Positions 36,935-48,566 are shown, counted from the first letter of the stretch. The stretch: DNA of 64,000 nucleotides from an uncultured Alphaproteobacteria bacterium (GCA_963761005.1 CAVXFK010000002.1:31666-95665); one strand, 5' to 3'. The notes: generated by a model from the letters alone, not told the origin. Translations and numbers: made by a program.

Positions 36935-37705
36935 TCATTTCGCGGAGTAACCGCCGTCAACCGGAACGATCGTCCCGGTCATCTGGATCGGCGCATCGAG
37001 CAAGAGGAAGACGCCGACGGTCGCGACCTCCTCGGGCATCGAGACGCGACCGGTCACGGTGTTGGCAGCGAGCTGCTTGTGGCCGGCCTGCGGGTCCTTG
37101 GGATTGAAGCCGGCGGCCGTATCGTCGTTCATCGGTGTATCCATTGATCCAGGGCAGATGATGTTGACGCGGATGTTGTGCGGACCGTACTCGATGGCTG
37201 CCGTCTTGGTCAGGCCGACCAACGCGTGCTTCGACGCGTTGTAAGGGCCGAGCAGCTCGCATCCGTGCCACGCGAGGTACGACCCGGTGTTGACGATGGC
37301 ACCGCCGCCGCGAGCGATCAGCTCCGGAATCGCGTACTTCATTCCGAGCCAAACGCTCTTGGTGTTGATGCGGATCACTTCATCGAAGCCCTCGTTGCTG
37401 GAGTCGGCGATCGGCTTGAACTCTCCAAGGATAGCCGCGATGTTGAAGATGCCGTCGAGACCCCCGAAGCGGTCCACCGCGCGCTTGACGAACGCTTCGA
37501 CGTCGGCGGCCGATCCGACGTCGGCGACCACCGGATCGACGGCGCCCGGCGCGCCATCGAGCTCCTTCTTCAATCGGTCGAGCTTGCCGTGATCGCGGTC
37601 GACGGCGACCGTGTTTACGCCGCGTGCGGCGAGCTGACGGACGACCGCCGCTCCCATTCCCCCCGAAGCGCCAGTAACGATGACATTCTTCGTTTGGTCG
37701 GCCAT
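36935..37705 (-). CDS. SDR-family oxidoreductase
   Basis: VTGASGGMG and YNASK motifs. Start at ATG 37705. Confidence 0.9.
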   Translation of the reverse strand: MADQTKNVIVTGASGGMGAAVVRQLAARGVNTVAVDRDHGKLDRLKKELDGAPGAVDPVVADVGSAADVEAFVKRAVDRFGGLDGIFNIAAILGEFKPIADSSNEGFDEVIRINTKSVWLGMKYAIPELIARGGGAIVNTGSYLAWHGCELLGPYNASKHALVGLTKTAAIEYGPHNIRVNIICPGSMDTPMNDDTAAGFNPKDPQAGHKQLAANTVTGRVSMPEEVATVGVFLLLDAPIQMTGTIVPVDGGYSAK

Positions 37706-37783
37706 GGCTCTTCCTCTGCTTGAATTCTGATCGGCCCTATTCGGCGCGCGCGGCAACCAGCCAAGCCGCGCGGGACGAAGAGT

Positions 37784-38866
37784 TCATTCTTGCGGACGAT
37801 GTTCGGCGTCTTCGAGCCGCACCAACCAATTCCAGCGGGCGCGTCTTCCGCCGCGCGAGCTGAGCACCACCGCGGCAACGACGATGACGCCCTGAACCAT
37901 GACCTGCTGAGGGGCCCCGAAGCCGATCACGATGAGCGCATTGTTGAGCGTGCCGACGAGCAGCGAGGCGACGACCGCGCCAAGGACGGTGCCCTTGCCC
38001 CCCTCAAGCGCCGCGCCGCCGATGATGGCGGCGGAAATGACCGACAACAGATCGCTCGAGCCGAGCGTGAAGTTGGCGGCCGCCCATTGGCCGTTGTAGA
38101 GGACGCCCGCGAGCGCGCCGGCAGTACCGGTCGCGGTAAGCACGCCGACCTTGATCCGCCCCGTGCGGATACCCGAAAAGCGTGCTGCGTTCTTGTTCGC
38201 GCCGGTGGCAAGCACGCGGCGGCCCACCGCCGTTTTGGAGAGGATCGTCGATCCGATGATCAAGCCGCCAAGCGACCAGAAGGCGAGAATTGGGATCGGG
38301 CCGATAGACCCGCTGCCAAACCAGAAGAGGAAGGCGTCGTTCGATATCGAGACCGTGGTCGCATTCGTCACGACCTGCGCGAGGCCCTGCATGATGCCCA
38401 TTGAGCCGAGCGTGACGACGAAAGACGGTATGCGGAAGAAAACCACCGCAAGCCCGTTCAGGAAGCCGACGCCGGTGCCGAAGAGCACCCCGATCAGCGC
38501 GGCGAGGAGGAAGTTGTAGTCCCAGGAGAGCAGCACCGCGGTGATCAGCGCCGCCACCGGCACGATCGACGCGATGGAGAGGTCGATCTCGCCGGCGCAC
38601 AGCACGAACACCATCGGAATTGCCATGATGGTGATGGTGGTGGATATGCGCACGATGTTTAGGAGGTTGATCGGGGCCATGAACCCCGTGTTGCGCAGCA
38701 GGTACGCGAAAACGGCGATGACGATGAGCATCGCCCCGATGAGGAGACCTGGGTTGTCGCCCCGATAGGCGCCCCAAGCAACCATTCCAACTGACCTGCG
38801 CAAGCGCAGCCACAGCCGGTTTCCACCGGGTTTTGAGCGGGTCACATCCTCTGCCCTAGCTGCCAT
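37784..38866 (-). CDS. Sugar ABC transporter permease (RbsC-like)
   Basis: About 10 TM segments. Carries VLATGANKNAARFSGI, the conserved loop of CUT2 permeases. Overlaps the ATPase stop by 11 nt. Confidence 0.88.
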   Translation of the reverse strand: MAARAEDVTRSKPGGNRLWLRLRRSVGMVAWGAYRGDNPGLLIGAMLIVIAVFAYLLRNTGFMAPINLLNIVRISTTITIMAIPMVFVLCAGEIDLSIASIVPVAALITAVLLSWDYNFLLAALIGVLFGTGVGFLNGLAVVFFRIPSFVVTLGSMGIMQGLAQVVTNATTVSISNDAFLFWFGSGSIGPIPILAFWSLGGLIIGSTILSKTAVGRRVLATGANKNAARFSGIRTGRIKVGVLTATGTAGALAGVLYNGQWAAANFTLGSSDLLSVISAAIIGGAALEGGKGTVLGAVVASLLVGTLNNALIVIGFGAPQQVMVQGVIVVAAVVLSSRGGRRARWNWLVRLEDAEHRPQE

Positions 38867-40541
38867 GACTAACCTTGGCCGCAGTCACAACGGCATGAAA
38901 CTGGCCGCGCTGCATCATTGCTACTAAAGCGTCCTCAGTAAACTCGTCCGCATCCTCCGGGCCGAGCGTGGCGCCAACAATTCCGTCGCGCAGGACGATG
39001 ATGCGATCGGCGACATGCGTCACCTCGAGGAGATCGGAGGAGACCCAGAGTACCGTCGTGCCCTTCTCCGCCAAGGCGCGTACGTTCGCGATGATCTCGT
39101 GGGTCGCCCCGATATCGACCCCGAATGTCGGCTCGTCGAGAAGGAGCACCTCCGCGCCGACGGTAAGCGCTTTTGCCAATACGATCTTTTGCTGGTTGCC
39201 GCCCGACAGCTCGCCGACGGTCTGATCGACGTCGGTCGCGCGGACATCGAGCACCTTCATCAATTGGCGCGCCTGGTCGCGGCCCTCGGAGAACCGGAGA
39301 AACCCTAACCCGCCGACAAGACGACGCAAGATGACGAGGATAATGTTCTCGGCGATCGACTTGGAAAGTATCAATCCGTGCACGCCGCGGTCCTCAGGAA
39401 TGAGAAACACGCCGTGAGACATGGCGTCCTGAGATGAACGCGGGCGGTAGCGCTTTCCGCGAAGGGTGATCTCGCCGCCGTTCGGGCGGACGTCGCCGAA
39501 CAAGGTGCGGAGCAGCGTCGTTCGGCCGCTTCCGGCAAGACCCACAATGCCGAGGACCTCGCCCGGGAACGCGTCGAAAGACACGTCAGTGAGCTTTTCC
39601 CCGACGCGCAGGTTCTGAACCGTCACGGTGGCCCTGGAATCGGGCCGCGACGACGAGGCTGCGGCGACCTCGACCCGTTTCTTGCCGTGGTGGGTGCCGT
39701 GGTCCGGCAGGTGCGCGCCTTCCCACGGACGGCGCCCGAGCATCGCGGCGATCAGGCCCGCCATGTTCGTTTCGTTGGTCGGGCACTGGAGCACGACCTC
39801 TCCCTCGCGCAGGCAGGTCACCTCGTCGCTGATGGCGAACACTTCAGCGAGGTGGTGGGTGATCAGGACGATGCCGGCCCCCCTTGCCGCGATCATCCGC
39901 AGCACGCCGAACAGCCTGGTGATCTCTTCGCGGCCGAGCGGGGCCGTCGGCTCGTCGAGCACGAGGATCTGGCTGCCGAGACGCAGAGCGCGCGCGATCT
40001 CGATCAGCTCCTGCTCGATCGTGCTCATGTCGGAGACCGCCGTCGAGAGAAGCACTCGCGGGATGCCCAGTTCCTCGAGCAGGCCGGCGACCTCGGCGCG
40101 TTCCTTCCGCACGTTCACGAAGCGTGCGGCGTTCAGGTGCTCGGAATTCAGATAGAGGTTGTCGATGCCGCTCAGCGTCCCGATGAGGCTGCGCTCCTGC
40201 ATGACCATGCCGAGACCCAACGTGCGGGCCTCCGCCGGGCGGGAGAACGTGAGCCGCTTGCCGGCGACGTGCACTTCCCCCTCGGTCGGCGTCTCGGCGC
40301 CGAGGGCAATCTTCATGAGTGTGGACTTGCCGGCGCCATTGTGCCCGACGATGGCGTGAATGCTGCCGCGCCGCACTGCGACGTTGACATCCTTCAGGAC
40401 CCAGACCTGACCGAACCGCTTGCCGATGCCCTCCATCTCAAGAACGCATTCGCCGTCACGCGCTGCGTTCGTTGAAATGGCTCGCGCGCGGCTAGCCTGT
40501 GTGGAAGCTTCCGAATGACCTTCGTTCGCGAGATCGCTCAT
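38856..40541 (-). CDS. Sugar ABC transporter ATP-binding protein, tandem NBD
   Basis: GHNGAGKST, ILVLDEPT, LSGGNQQKIVLAKAL and LLLLDEPT motifs. Confidence 0.92.
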   Translation of the reverse strand: MSDLANEGHSEASTQASRARAISTNAARDGECVLEMEGIGKRFGQVWVLKDVNVAVRRGSIHAIVGHNGAGKSTLMKIALGAETPTEGEVHVAGKRLTFSRPAEARTLGLGMVMQERSLIGTLSGIDNLYLNSEHLNAARFVNVRKERAEVAGLLEELGIPRVLLSTAVSDMSTIEQELIEIARALRLGSQILVLDEPTAPLGREEITRLFGVLRMIAARGAGIVLITHHLAEVFAISDEVTCLREGEVVLQCPTNETNMAGLIAAMLGRRPWEGAHLPDHGTHHGKKRVEVAAASSSRPDSRATVTVQNLRVGEKLTDVSFDAFPGEVLGIVGLAGSGRTTLLRTLFGDVRPNGGEITLRGKRYRPRSSQDAMSHGVFLIPEDRGVHGLILSKSIAENIILVILRRLVGGLGFLRFSEGRDQARQLMKVLDVRATDVDQTVGELSGGNQQKIVLAKALTVGAEVLLLDEPTFGVDIGATHEIIANVRALAEKGTTVLWVSSDLLEVTHVADRIIVLRDGIVGATLGPEDADEFTEDALVAMMQRGQFHAVVTAAKVSHGS

Positions 40542-40680
40542 CGGCGGGCCCGGCTAACTGAACGAGGCGCCGGCTGACGCCGGCGCGAAGGTCGGTATTT
40601 CCGACCGAGATCGTATCCAATAGCACCGCAACGGCACTAAAGAGGAGGGGGCCGTCACTGCTGAACGGCCCCCGCCCGGA

Positions 40681-41965
40681 TTAGTCGGCGCAGTCGCCGG
40701 CCGGGCAGGCGACTTCCGGCCCGTGCATGAAATCCCAAGCCTCGACCATGTTGGTTGCCTTGGAGATCGGGTAGGTCGGAACGATGACGAAGGGGTGGTC
40801 CTTGTTCCAGCCCATGTGGGCAAGAGCCGCGGTCATGGCCATCAGGCGACCGCCGTCATAGACGTCCTGGGCCATGTCCATGGCGATCACGCCACCCGTC
40901 CGCACCTGGCGGGCGCCGGCATTGCCGAGGTCCATGGTGGCAATCTTCACCTTGTCCTCCAGATGAAGTGCCTTGATTGCCGCGGCCTCGCCGATTGCCG
41001 GCGGAATCTTCCCACGGTGCGAAGAGCACGTTCACTTCAGGATGCGCGGTCAGGAACGCTTGCGTGTAGGCCGTCGCGGCGCTCGGGTCTGTATAGCCGC
41101 CGGCCGACTTCGGATCGGCGGGGCCGTTCGAGATGATCTTGATGTTGGGGTATTTCTTCAGCCCATCGAGCAGTCCCTGCTCGCGGACATGGATCGCATC
41201 CACGTCGTTGATCCAGCGGATGTAGCCAAAGTTCGCGCCGTCAGGCCACGTGCTGTGGACTGCCTCCGCCATTTGCAGGCCGAGATTGTAGAAGTCGTAG
41301 GTCACCATCGCCTTGATCGGCTGATCCTGGCCGATCTTTAGCGTTGGCGTGCCCAGGCTCCACGTCGTCACCGTGATGCCCTGATCGAGCGCGGGCTTGA
41401 TAATCGCTCCGAACTGGGCGGCGTTGACCGTTCCGCCCGTCACTATGATGTCTGGCTTTAGCGGAAGAAGCGCCGTGAGCACACCGGCCATGCCGTTGGC
41501 ATTGAAGCTGTAGTTGCCGAACTGCAGGATCTTGATCCCGAGCGCGCTGAAGACAGCCTTGGCGCCGCTGCGCATCGCGAGGTTGTAAGGCACCGCGTCC
41601 CAGTCAAGATACACCGCGGTCAGCTTCTTCTCGCAGATCTGTTTGGCCTGGTCCGGTGTTACCTTCACCGTGTTGTACCAAGATGCCGGCAAATCCTCGG
41701 GCGCGCTGAACGACTTCGGCGACGTCTTGAAACCGTCCTTCGCGATCGAGTCGAGAAGACCCGGACCGCCGATCGAATCGGGGATCGGCCTCGCGTCGAG
41801 ATTCTTGGCGTCGTAGGTCCCGCAGGGCACCAAGTCGCTATCGGACTGGGTAATGTCCGCGGCGAGGCTCGCTCCCGAGAACGTTACCAATCCGGCAGCC
41901 AAAATCGGGATCAGTGCAGCCGTTCCGAAGGCGTCACGGAGTCGCCTCCTGGTAATGCTTCTCAT
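40681..41965 (-). pseudogene. Sugar ABC periplasmic binding protein interrupted by a frameshift at about 41005
   Basis: Signal peptide plus binding fold run from 41965 to ...VNVLFAPWED. It continues in another frame as PPAIGEAAAIKALHLEDKVKIATMDLGNAGARQV... to stop 40681. Confidence 0.8.
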
Positions 41966-42243
41966 CGTTTCCTCCTGGGCATGATTGATGGCGGTCCCTC
42001 GCAGGCACCGCCCTGGCTTTGAACACTTGTTTCCAGTGTTACGTCGCTCGCGGGCAGCGTACGCGTCGCGACCTGCCCGTCACAAATAATTTGATCCACT
42101 GGCCGGCATCAGAACACGTAATGGTCGCTCGGCGACGGAACGTGCGAAGATCAGCACCCGCAACGAATTATTCTGTAGATGATCCTGGCTGGCGCGTTTT
42201 TTAGTGACGCTGGACAGCGAATGCTTGAGCAAGGGAGGAAGGG

Positions 42244-43215
42244 TTGAACGACGTTCCAACGCCGAAGTCCGTCAAACGTGATGACATCTACAAGGCCGCG
42301 GAGAAGCTCTCGAACTGGGGGCGCTGGGGCGAAGACGACCAGATCGGCACGCTGAACAACGTGTCGCCCGCCGACATCGTCGCGGCGGCTGGCCTGATCA
42401 AGAAAGGGAAGGTCTTCTCGCTCGGGTTGTCGCTCAAGGAGCCGATCCAGTCGGGTCTCTTCGGTGGCCGCTGGAACCCGATCCACACGATGCTGGCGAC
42501 GGGAACGGATGCGGCAGCCGGAAATCAGGACACGCCCTATCCCTATCTCCGCTACGCGGACGATGCGATCAACATGCCGTGCCAGGCCTCCACGCAGTGG
42601 GATGCGCTCTGCCACATCTTTCTCGATGACAAGATGTACAACGGCTACGACGCAAAGCTCGTCGACGTTAAGGGCGCGAAGAAGCTCGGCATCGAGAACG
42701 TTCGCGACAAGATGGTCGGCCGCGGCGTTCTCCTCGACATCGCCCGCTTCAAGGGCGTCGATTCACTCCCCGACGGCTATGCGATCAAGAACGCGGAGCT
42801 CGACGCCTGCGCTCAGGCGCAGAAGGTGGAGGTGAGGAAGGGCGACTTCGTGATCGTGCGCACCGGTCATCAGGAACGCTGCCTCGCGAAGAAGGATTGG
42901 GCCGGATACGCCGGCGGCGCGGCGCCGGGTCTTGCGTTCGAGACTTGCTACTGGCTGAAGGAGAAGGATGTCGCCGCGATCTGCGCCGACACTTGGGGCT
43001 GCGAGGTCCGCCCCAACGAGACCGACGATGCGAACCAGCCCTGGCACTGGGTGGTGATCCCGGCGCTCGGCATCTCGATGGGCGAGATCTTCTATCTGAA
43101 AGAGCTTGCCGCGGACTGCGCGGAGGACAAGGTGTACGAGTTCTTCTTCACCGCTCCGCCGCTTCATCTTCCGGGCGCGGCAGGTTCTCCCATCAATCCG
43201 CAGGCGATCAAGTAG
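42244..43215 (+). CDS. Cyclase-family protein (arylformamidase-like fold)
   Basis: [14 protein letters not shown] and the later HxxxH/D-type region. TTG start preceded by AAGGGAGGAAGG. Confidence 0.82.
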   Translation: MNDVPTPKSVKRDDIYKAAEKLSNWGRWGEDDQIGTLNNVSPADIVAAAGLIKKGKVFSLGLSLKEPIQSGLFGGRWNPIHTMLATGTDAAAGNQDTPYPYLRYADDAINMPCQASTQWDALCHIFLDDKMYNGYDAKLVDVKGAKKLGIENVRDKMVGRGVLLDIARFKGVDSLPDGYAIKNAELDACAQAQKVEVRKGDFVIVRTGHQERCLAKKDWAGYAGGAAPGLAFETCYWLKEKDVAAICADTWGCEVRPNETDDANQPWHWVVIPALGISMGEIFYLKELAADCAEDKVYEFFFTAPPLHLPGAAGSPINPQAIK

Positions 43216-43229
43216 GCGAGCAACTCGAA

Positions 43230-44537
43230 GTGGCAAGGTATCTGAAGAAGGGGCGCGACGCGGCCCAGCGCGCCGAGGACGCGGCGAAAGTCAGGACGGT
43301 TGTCGAAGGCATTCTCGCCGACGTCGAGGCGCGCGGCGACATCGCCGTGCGCGAGCTTTCGATACGGTTCGATAAATGGGACCGGGAGGACTATCGGCTC
43401 ACGGACGCCGAGATACACGGCTGTCTCGCGCGTCTTTCCAAGAGCAACCTCGACGACATCCGCTATGCGCAGGAGCAGGTGCGCAACTTTGCAGAGCACC
43501 AGCGGAGCGCGCTCCGCGACATCGAGGTCGAGACGCAACCGGGCGTCTTGCTCGGTCACAAGAACATTCCGGTGAACTCGGTCGGCTGCTACGTCCCCGG
43601 CGGCAAGTTTCCGCTGCTGGCATCGGCGCATATGTCGGTGATCACGGCAAAGGTGGCGGGCGTCGGTCGCATCGCCACCTCTGCTCCGCCTTACCGCGGC
43701 GAGCCGGCGCCTGCCATCGTTGCAGCGCAGCATCTTGGCGGCGCTGACGAGATCTATTGCCTCGGCGGTGTGCAGGCAGTCGCCGCAATGGCGATCGGGA
43801 CCGAGCGCATAAAGCCCGTCGACATGCTGGTCGGTCCAGGAAATGCCTATGTGGCCGAAGCGAAGCGGCAGCTTGTCGGCCGCGTCGGCATTGATCTCCT
43901 TGCCGGCCCGACCGAGACGCTGGTTATTGCAGACGAAAGCGTCGACGCCGAGATGTGCGCGACGGATCTTCTCGGGCAGGCCGAGCACGGACCGACCTCT
44001 CCGGCGATCCTGCTGACGAACTCCGAAAAGCTCGCGCGCGAGACGATGGCGGAAGTTGAGCGGCTCCTGACCATCCTGCCGACCGCGGAGATCGCCGCGA
44101 AATCCTGGGCGGACTACGGGGAGGTCATCGTCTGCGACGGCGAGGATGAGATGGTCGCGGAGGCCGATCGGATCGCCTCGGAACATGTGCAGGTCATGAC
44201 GCGCGATCCGGACTTCTTCCTGCAGCGGATGACCAACTACGGCGCTCTCTTCCTCGGGCCGCGCACCAATGTCGCCTACGGCGACAAGGTGATCGGCACC
44301 AACCACACGCTTCCGACGATGAAGGCGGCGCGCTACACGGGCGGGCTCTGGGTCGGCAAGTTCTTGAAGACGTGCACGTATCAGCGGGTTCTGACCGACG
44401 AGGCGTCGGCGCGCATCGGCGAATACTGCTCGCGCTTGTGCATGCTTGAGGGCTTCGTCGGCCATGCCGAACAGGCCAATCTCAGGATTCGGCGCTACGG
44501 CGGCAAGAATATCCCCTACGGCGTTGCTGCCGACTAG
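43230..44537 (+). CDS. Histidinol dehydrogenase family protein (HisD paralogue)
   Basis: [26 protein letters not shown] and [13 protein letters not shown] motifs. GTG start at 43230. The upstream ORF part overlaps the cyclase gene. Confidence 0.88.
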   Translation: MARYLKKGRDAAQRAEDAAKVRTVVEGILADVEARGDIAVRELSIRFDKWDREDYRLTDAEIHGCLARLSKSNLDDIRYAQEQVRNFAEHQRSALRDIEVETQPGVLLGHKNIPVNSVGCYVPGGKFPLLASAHMSVITAKVAGVGRIATSAPPYRGEPAPAIVAAQHLGGADEIYCLGGVQAVAAMAIGTERIKPVDMLVGPGNAYVAEAKRQLVGRVGIDLLAGPTETLVIADESVDAEMCATDLLGQAEHGPTSPAILLTNSEKLARETMAEVERLLTILPTAEIAAKSWADYGEVIVCDGEDEMVAEADRIASEHVQVMTRDPDFFLQRMTNYGALFLGPRTNVAYGDKVIGTNHTLPTMKAARYTGGLWVGKFLKTCTYQRVLTDEASARIGEYCSRLCMLEGFVGHAEQANLRIRRYGGKNIPYGVAAD

Positions 44538-44544
44538 GGCTTCG

Positions 44545-45318
44545 ATGTCGAAGAACGAGCTGCCCGAAACGCCATCCTTTCGTCTCGACGGGCGGCGGGC
44601 GCTCGTCACCGGAGCGGGGCGCGGCCTCGGGCTCGCCGTCGCCACGGCTTTCGCGGAAGCGGGCGCCCACGTCACGCTTTGCGCAAGAACCGCGGCGGAG
44701 ATTGAGGCCGCGGCGGGGACCCTGCGCGAACGCGGATGGAGCGCGGATACCGTCGCCCTCGACGTCACCGATCTTGCGGCGTTCCGGAAGGCCGTCGAGG
44801 CTGCCGACCCCTACGATGTCTTCTTCAACAATGCCGGAACGAATCGGCCGAAGCCGTTTGTCGAGGTCGCGGTCGAGGATTTCGACGCGGTGATGGGTCT
44901 GAACGTTCGGGCGGCCTACTTTGCCGCGCAGGCGGTGGCAGGCAAAATGGTCGCGGCTAAGCGCGGGGGCTCGATCATCAACATGTCGTCGCAGATGGGC
45001 CACGTCGGCGGCCCCAACAGATCTCTCTATTGCGCCTCGAAGTGGGCGATGGAAGGGTTCTCGCGCGTCATGGCGATCGAGCTTGGTCCTTACGGGATCC
45101 GGGTCAACACGCTGTGCCCGACATTCATCGAGACGCCGATGACCCGTCCTTTTCTCGCGGACGCCTCGTTTCGCGCAAGCGTGGTGTCGAAGATCAAGCT
45201 CGGACGCCTCGGCACCGTCAACGACGTGATGGGCGCCGCGGTCTTCCTGGCATCCGATGCCTCCGCGCTGATGACCGGGTCCTCCCTGATGGTCGATGGA
45301 GGCTGGACGGCGGAGTGA
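44545..45318 (+). CDS. SDR-family oxidoreductase
   Basis: VTGAGRGLG and YCASK motifs. ATG at 44545, 7 nt after the hisD-like stop. Confidence 0.9.
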   Translation: MSKNELPETPSFRLDGRRALVTGAGRGLGLAVATAFAEAGAHVTLCARTAAEIEAAAGTLRERGWSADTVALDVTDLAAFRKAVEAADPYDVFFNNAGTNRPKPFVEVAVEDFDAVMGLNVRAAYFAAQAVAGKMVAAKRGGSIINMSSQMGHVGGPNRSLYCASKWAMEGFSRVMAIELGPYGIRVNTLCPTFIETPMTRPFLADASFRASVVSKIKLGRLGTVNDVMGAAVFLASDASALMTGSSLMVDGGWTAE

Positions 45319-45478
45319 GCGCGCCCACGGGTATCGGCGCTTTGGCCGGAGTGCACAAAAGAATCGGCCGTCCGCTGGGCCTTCGGCCAACGACTTCGCC
45401 GGAGCGCTGAGCCTACACTCGCCCGTGATCAGGTAGCCGCTTCAACGGCTACGCACCTCTAATCCGGGTAAATCGTCG

Positions 45479-47252
45479 ATGCTCAAGTCCAAAGACGAAG
45501 CCAAGAGCATGATCCGCGACGGGATGCGGATTGATTGCGACGTGCCGATTCCGATGGACGATGGTCTTGTCCTCAAGGCCGATGTCTACGGCCCGATAGA
45601 GGAGGGCCGCTACCCCGTCCTCCTGAGCTACGGCCCCTACGCGAAAGGGCTCGCCTTCCAGGAAGGCTACCCGGCGCAGTGGGAAAAGATGGTGGACGAG
45701 CATCCCGACGTCGCCGCCAACTCGACCAACAAATATCAGACCTGGGAGGCAGTCGATCCGGAGAAATGGGTTCCGGACGGCTATGTCTGCGTGCGCGTCA
45801 ACTCGCGCGGCGCCGGCTGTTCACCCGGTGTCATCGATGTCTGGTCGCCACGCGAGACGAAGGATTTTTACGACTGCATCGAATGGGCCGCGGAGCAGCC
45901 GTGGAGCAACGGACGCGTTGGGCTTGCCGGCATCTCCTACTACGCGATGAACCAGTATCAGGTCGCGTCACTGCAGCCGCCGCACCTGGTGGCGATGTGC
46001 CCGTGGGAGGGCGCTTCCGACTTCTACCGCGACATGAACTACCACGGCGGCATCCTCTCGCAGTTCTCAGGCCGCTGGTTTCCGCGCCAGGTCAGCACCG
46101 TGCAGTACCGGACTCGGCGATCGCGCGGCGAAGAGCTTCGTCACCGGCGAGTCGGTAACCGGTCCTGAGACGCTGTCGGACGAAGAGCTGGCCCGCAACC
46201 GGCACGACTTCGGCGACGACGTCGCCGCGCATCCCTGGCTCGACGCGTGGTTCAAGGAGCGCAATCCCGACTGGTCGAAAGTCACCGTTCCAATGCTGAC
46301 GGCCGGGAACTGGGGCGGGCACGGCCTTCATCTTCGCGGCAACGTCGAGGCCTTTGTGCAGGCGGCGTCCAAGCAGAAGTGGCTTGAGGTCCACGGGCTT
46401 GAGCACTGGACGCACTTCTACACGGACTACGGGATCAATCTTCAGAAGAAGTTCTTCGATCACTACCTGAAGGGCGTCGACAACGGCTGGGAAAAGACCC
46501 CGCCGGTGCTGCTCAACGTGCGCCACGCCGACGGGAGGTTCGCGGAGCGCGGCGAGAACGAATGGCCGCTCGCCCGCACCGAGTGGACGAAATATCGCCT
46601 CGACCTGAACAGCCGCGCGCTCACGAAGGCGCCGATCGCGGCCGAGCAGAAGCTCGAATACGAAGCGCTCGAAGACGGCATCACGCTCAGCATGGAGCCG
46701 CTCAAGCAGGAGACCGAGATGACCGGGCCGGCGATGGCGCGGCTCTTCGTCTCCTCGACCACCAAGGATGCCGATCTCTTCCTGATCGTGCGCGTCTTCG
46801 ATCCGAAGGGCGGCGAGATCACCTTCCAGGGCGCACTCGATCCGAATACGCCGATCGCGCAGGGATGGCTCCGCGCCTCGCATCGCAAGCTCGATCCGAA
46901 GAAGTCGCTGCCCTACCGGCCCTATCACACGCACGACGAAGACCAGCCGCTCACGCCCGGCGAGGTCTACGAGCTCAATATCGAGATCTGGCCGACTTGC
47001 CTTGTCATGCCGGCCGGCTACCACATCGAACTCAGCATTCGCGGCAAGGACTACGAATATCCGGGCGAGCTCAGCGAATTCGCCAAGTCCTTCCATTACG
47101 CCCATCGCGGCGTGGGTCCTTTCCAGCACAACGATCCTAAGGATCGGCCGCCGCAGATCTTCGGCGGCAAGGTCACGCTCTATTCGGGCGGTGATCGCAA
47201 CTCCTATCTTCTGCTGCCGATCGTTCCGGCCAAGACCGGAGGACGCCATTGA
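45479..47252 (+). pseudogene. CocE/NonD-family (X-Pro dipeptidyl-peptidase S15) hydrolase interrupted by a frameshift at about 46109
   Basis: The N-terminal alpha/beta-hydrolase part carries GISYYAMNQ (nucleophile Ser). After ...RQVSTVQY the reading continues in another frame (GLGDRAAKSFVTGE...PMLTAGNWGGHGLHLRGN) to 47252. Confidence 0.82.
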
Positions 47253-47392
47253 GCGAGAAGGGCACAGAAATTCGCACCTGTTTGCCCCGGCGAACGTTTC
47301 GTCCGGGCCAATCGAGGTGGACCGCCTGAAGGCGTGTCGACCAACGGGACGCCGGTGACGCAAGCCGGTTGAGCAAGGTGGAGGAAGCAGAA

Positions 47393-48526
47393 ATGCGTAT
47401 CAGCCAAAGATTGAATCCAGTGGTGGCGGTCGGTCTCGCCATCGCGTTCGTATGCGGCGGCTTTAGTAGCGCGCTGGCGCAAGATGCAGCGGCGGCCGTG
47501 GCCGCTGCGCAGAAGGCGGCGGAGCAGGCCCTTGCGGCCCCGTCCGGCTGGGCGGGCCCGACCTCCGGGCCGAAGCCGCTGCCGGGCAAGAAAATCGCCG
47601 TCATCAGCTGCGCGCAGCTGACCGAGGGCTGCAACCGCCCGTCGCGCGCGGCGGTGGAAGCTGCGAAGAAGCTCGGCTGGGATGCGACGATCTTCGACGG
47701 CAAGGGTGACGTCGGCACGCAGCTTGCCGCCATCAACGCGGCAGTCGACAGCAAGTACGATGGCATTGCGCTGATGATCGTCGACCCCGTGCAGGTCAAC
47801 GAGGGCATCAAGCGCGCGCTCGACGCCAAGATCCCCGTGGTCACGCTCGCCGAGCCGGCCTACACGAAAGAGCGCAAGGCGCTCCTTAAGGACGTCCCGG
47901 ACGTCTCGCACGACTGGCTGCGCACCGGGCAGCTCATCGGCGACTACATGATCTGGAAGTCCGACGGGAAGGTGAATGCGCTTCTCCTCAACGACCCGGA
48001 GGTGACGGTCGTCAACTTCGGGCAGTTCGCCGGCACCCAGCAGGAGCTCTCCGAGGCGAAGACCTGCCCTGGGTGCAAGGTGACGGTGGAGAACTTCACC
48101 ATCGCGACGCTGAACACCCAGCCGGCGGCGCTTGCCGCAGCTGCGGTCCAGCGCGACCCCTCCATCAACTGGGTCTGGTGCTATGACTTCTGCATGGCCA
48201 ACGTGGCGACTGACCTGATCGCCAGGGGCCTTCAGGGCAAGATCATGGGCGCCGGCTTTGACTGCAACGCCCAGAACCTTCAGCTGATCCGGGACGGCAA
48301 GGTCCAGGTCGTCTGTATCGCCGACCCGCGTGACTGGGAGGCATGGGCCTCGATCGACACGCTCAATCGGATGATGAACGGGCAGCCGGCCGTTGATCAG
48401 AGCATCCCGGTGAGGTTGTTCGACAAGAGCAATCTCGATGAGCTGACCGACAACGACATCAAGAACGGATGGCAGGGCGGTACTGATTTCCGCTCGCACT
48501 ACCTGAAGATCTGGGGCGTTCAGTAG
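47393..48526 (+). CDS. Sugar ABC transporter periplasmic binding protein
   Basis: Signal peptide MRISQRLNPVVAVGLAIAFVCGGFSSALA. RBS GGTGGAGGAAG. The C-terminus ...YLKIWGVQ is paralogous to that of 25296-26348. Confidence 0.88.
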   Translation: MRISQRLNPVVAVGLAIAFVCGGFSSALAQDAAAAVAAAQKAAEQALAAPSGWAGPTSGPKPLPGKKIAVISCAQLTEGCNRPSRAAVEAAKKLGWDATIFDGKGDVGTQLAAINAAVDSKYDGIALMIVDPVQVNEGIKRALDAKIPVVTLAEPAYTKERKALLKDVPDVSHDWLRTGQLIGDYMIWKSDGKVNALLLNDPEVTVVNFGQFAGTQQELSEAKTCPGCKVTVENFTIATLNTQPAALAAAAVQRDPSINWVWCYDFCMANVATDLIARGLQGKIMGAGFDCNAQNLQLIRDGKVQVVCIADPRDWEAWASIDTLNRMMNGQPAVDQSIPVRLFDKSNLDELTDNDIKNGWQGGTDFRSHYLKIWGVQ

Positions 48527-48566
48527 GGGCGCACGGGGCCACGGCTCTTGATCGACTGCACGTGAT

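Noticed and set aside
42897-43229. Upstream 111 aa of ORF 42897-44537.
   Set aside because: It overlaps the 3' part of the cyclase gene in another frame and is Arg/Gly-rich. The HisD homology begins at GTG 43230.
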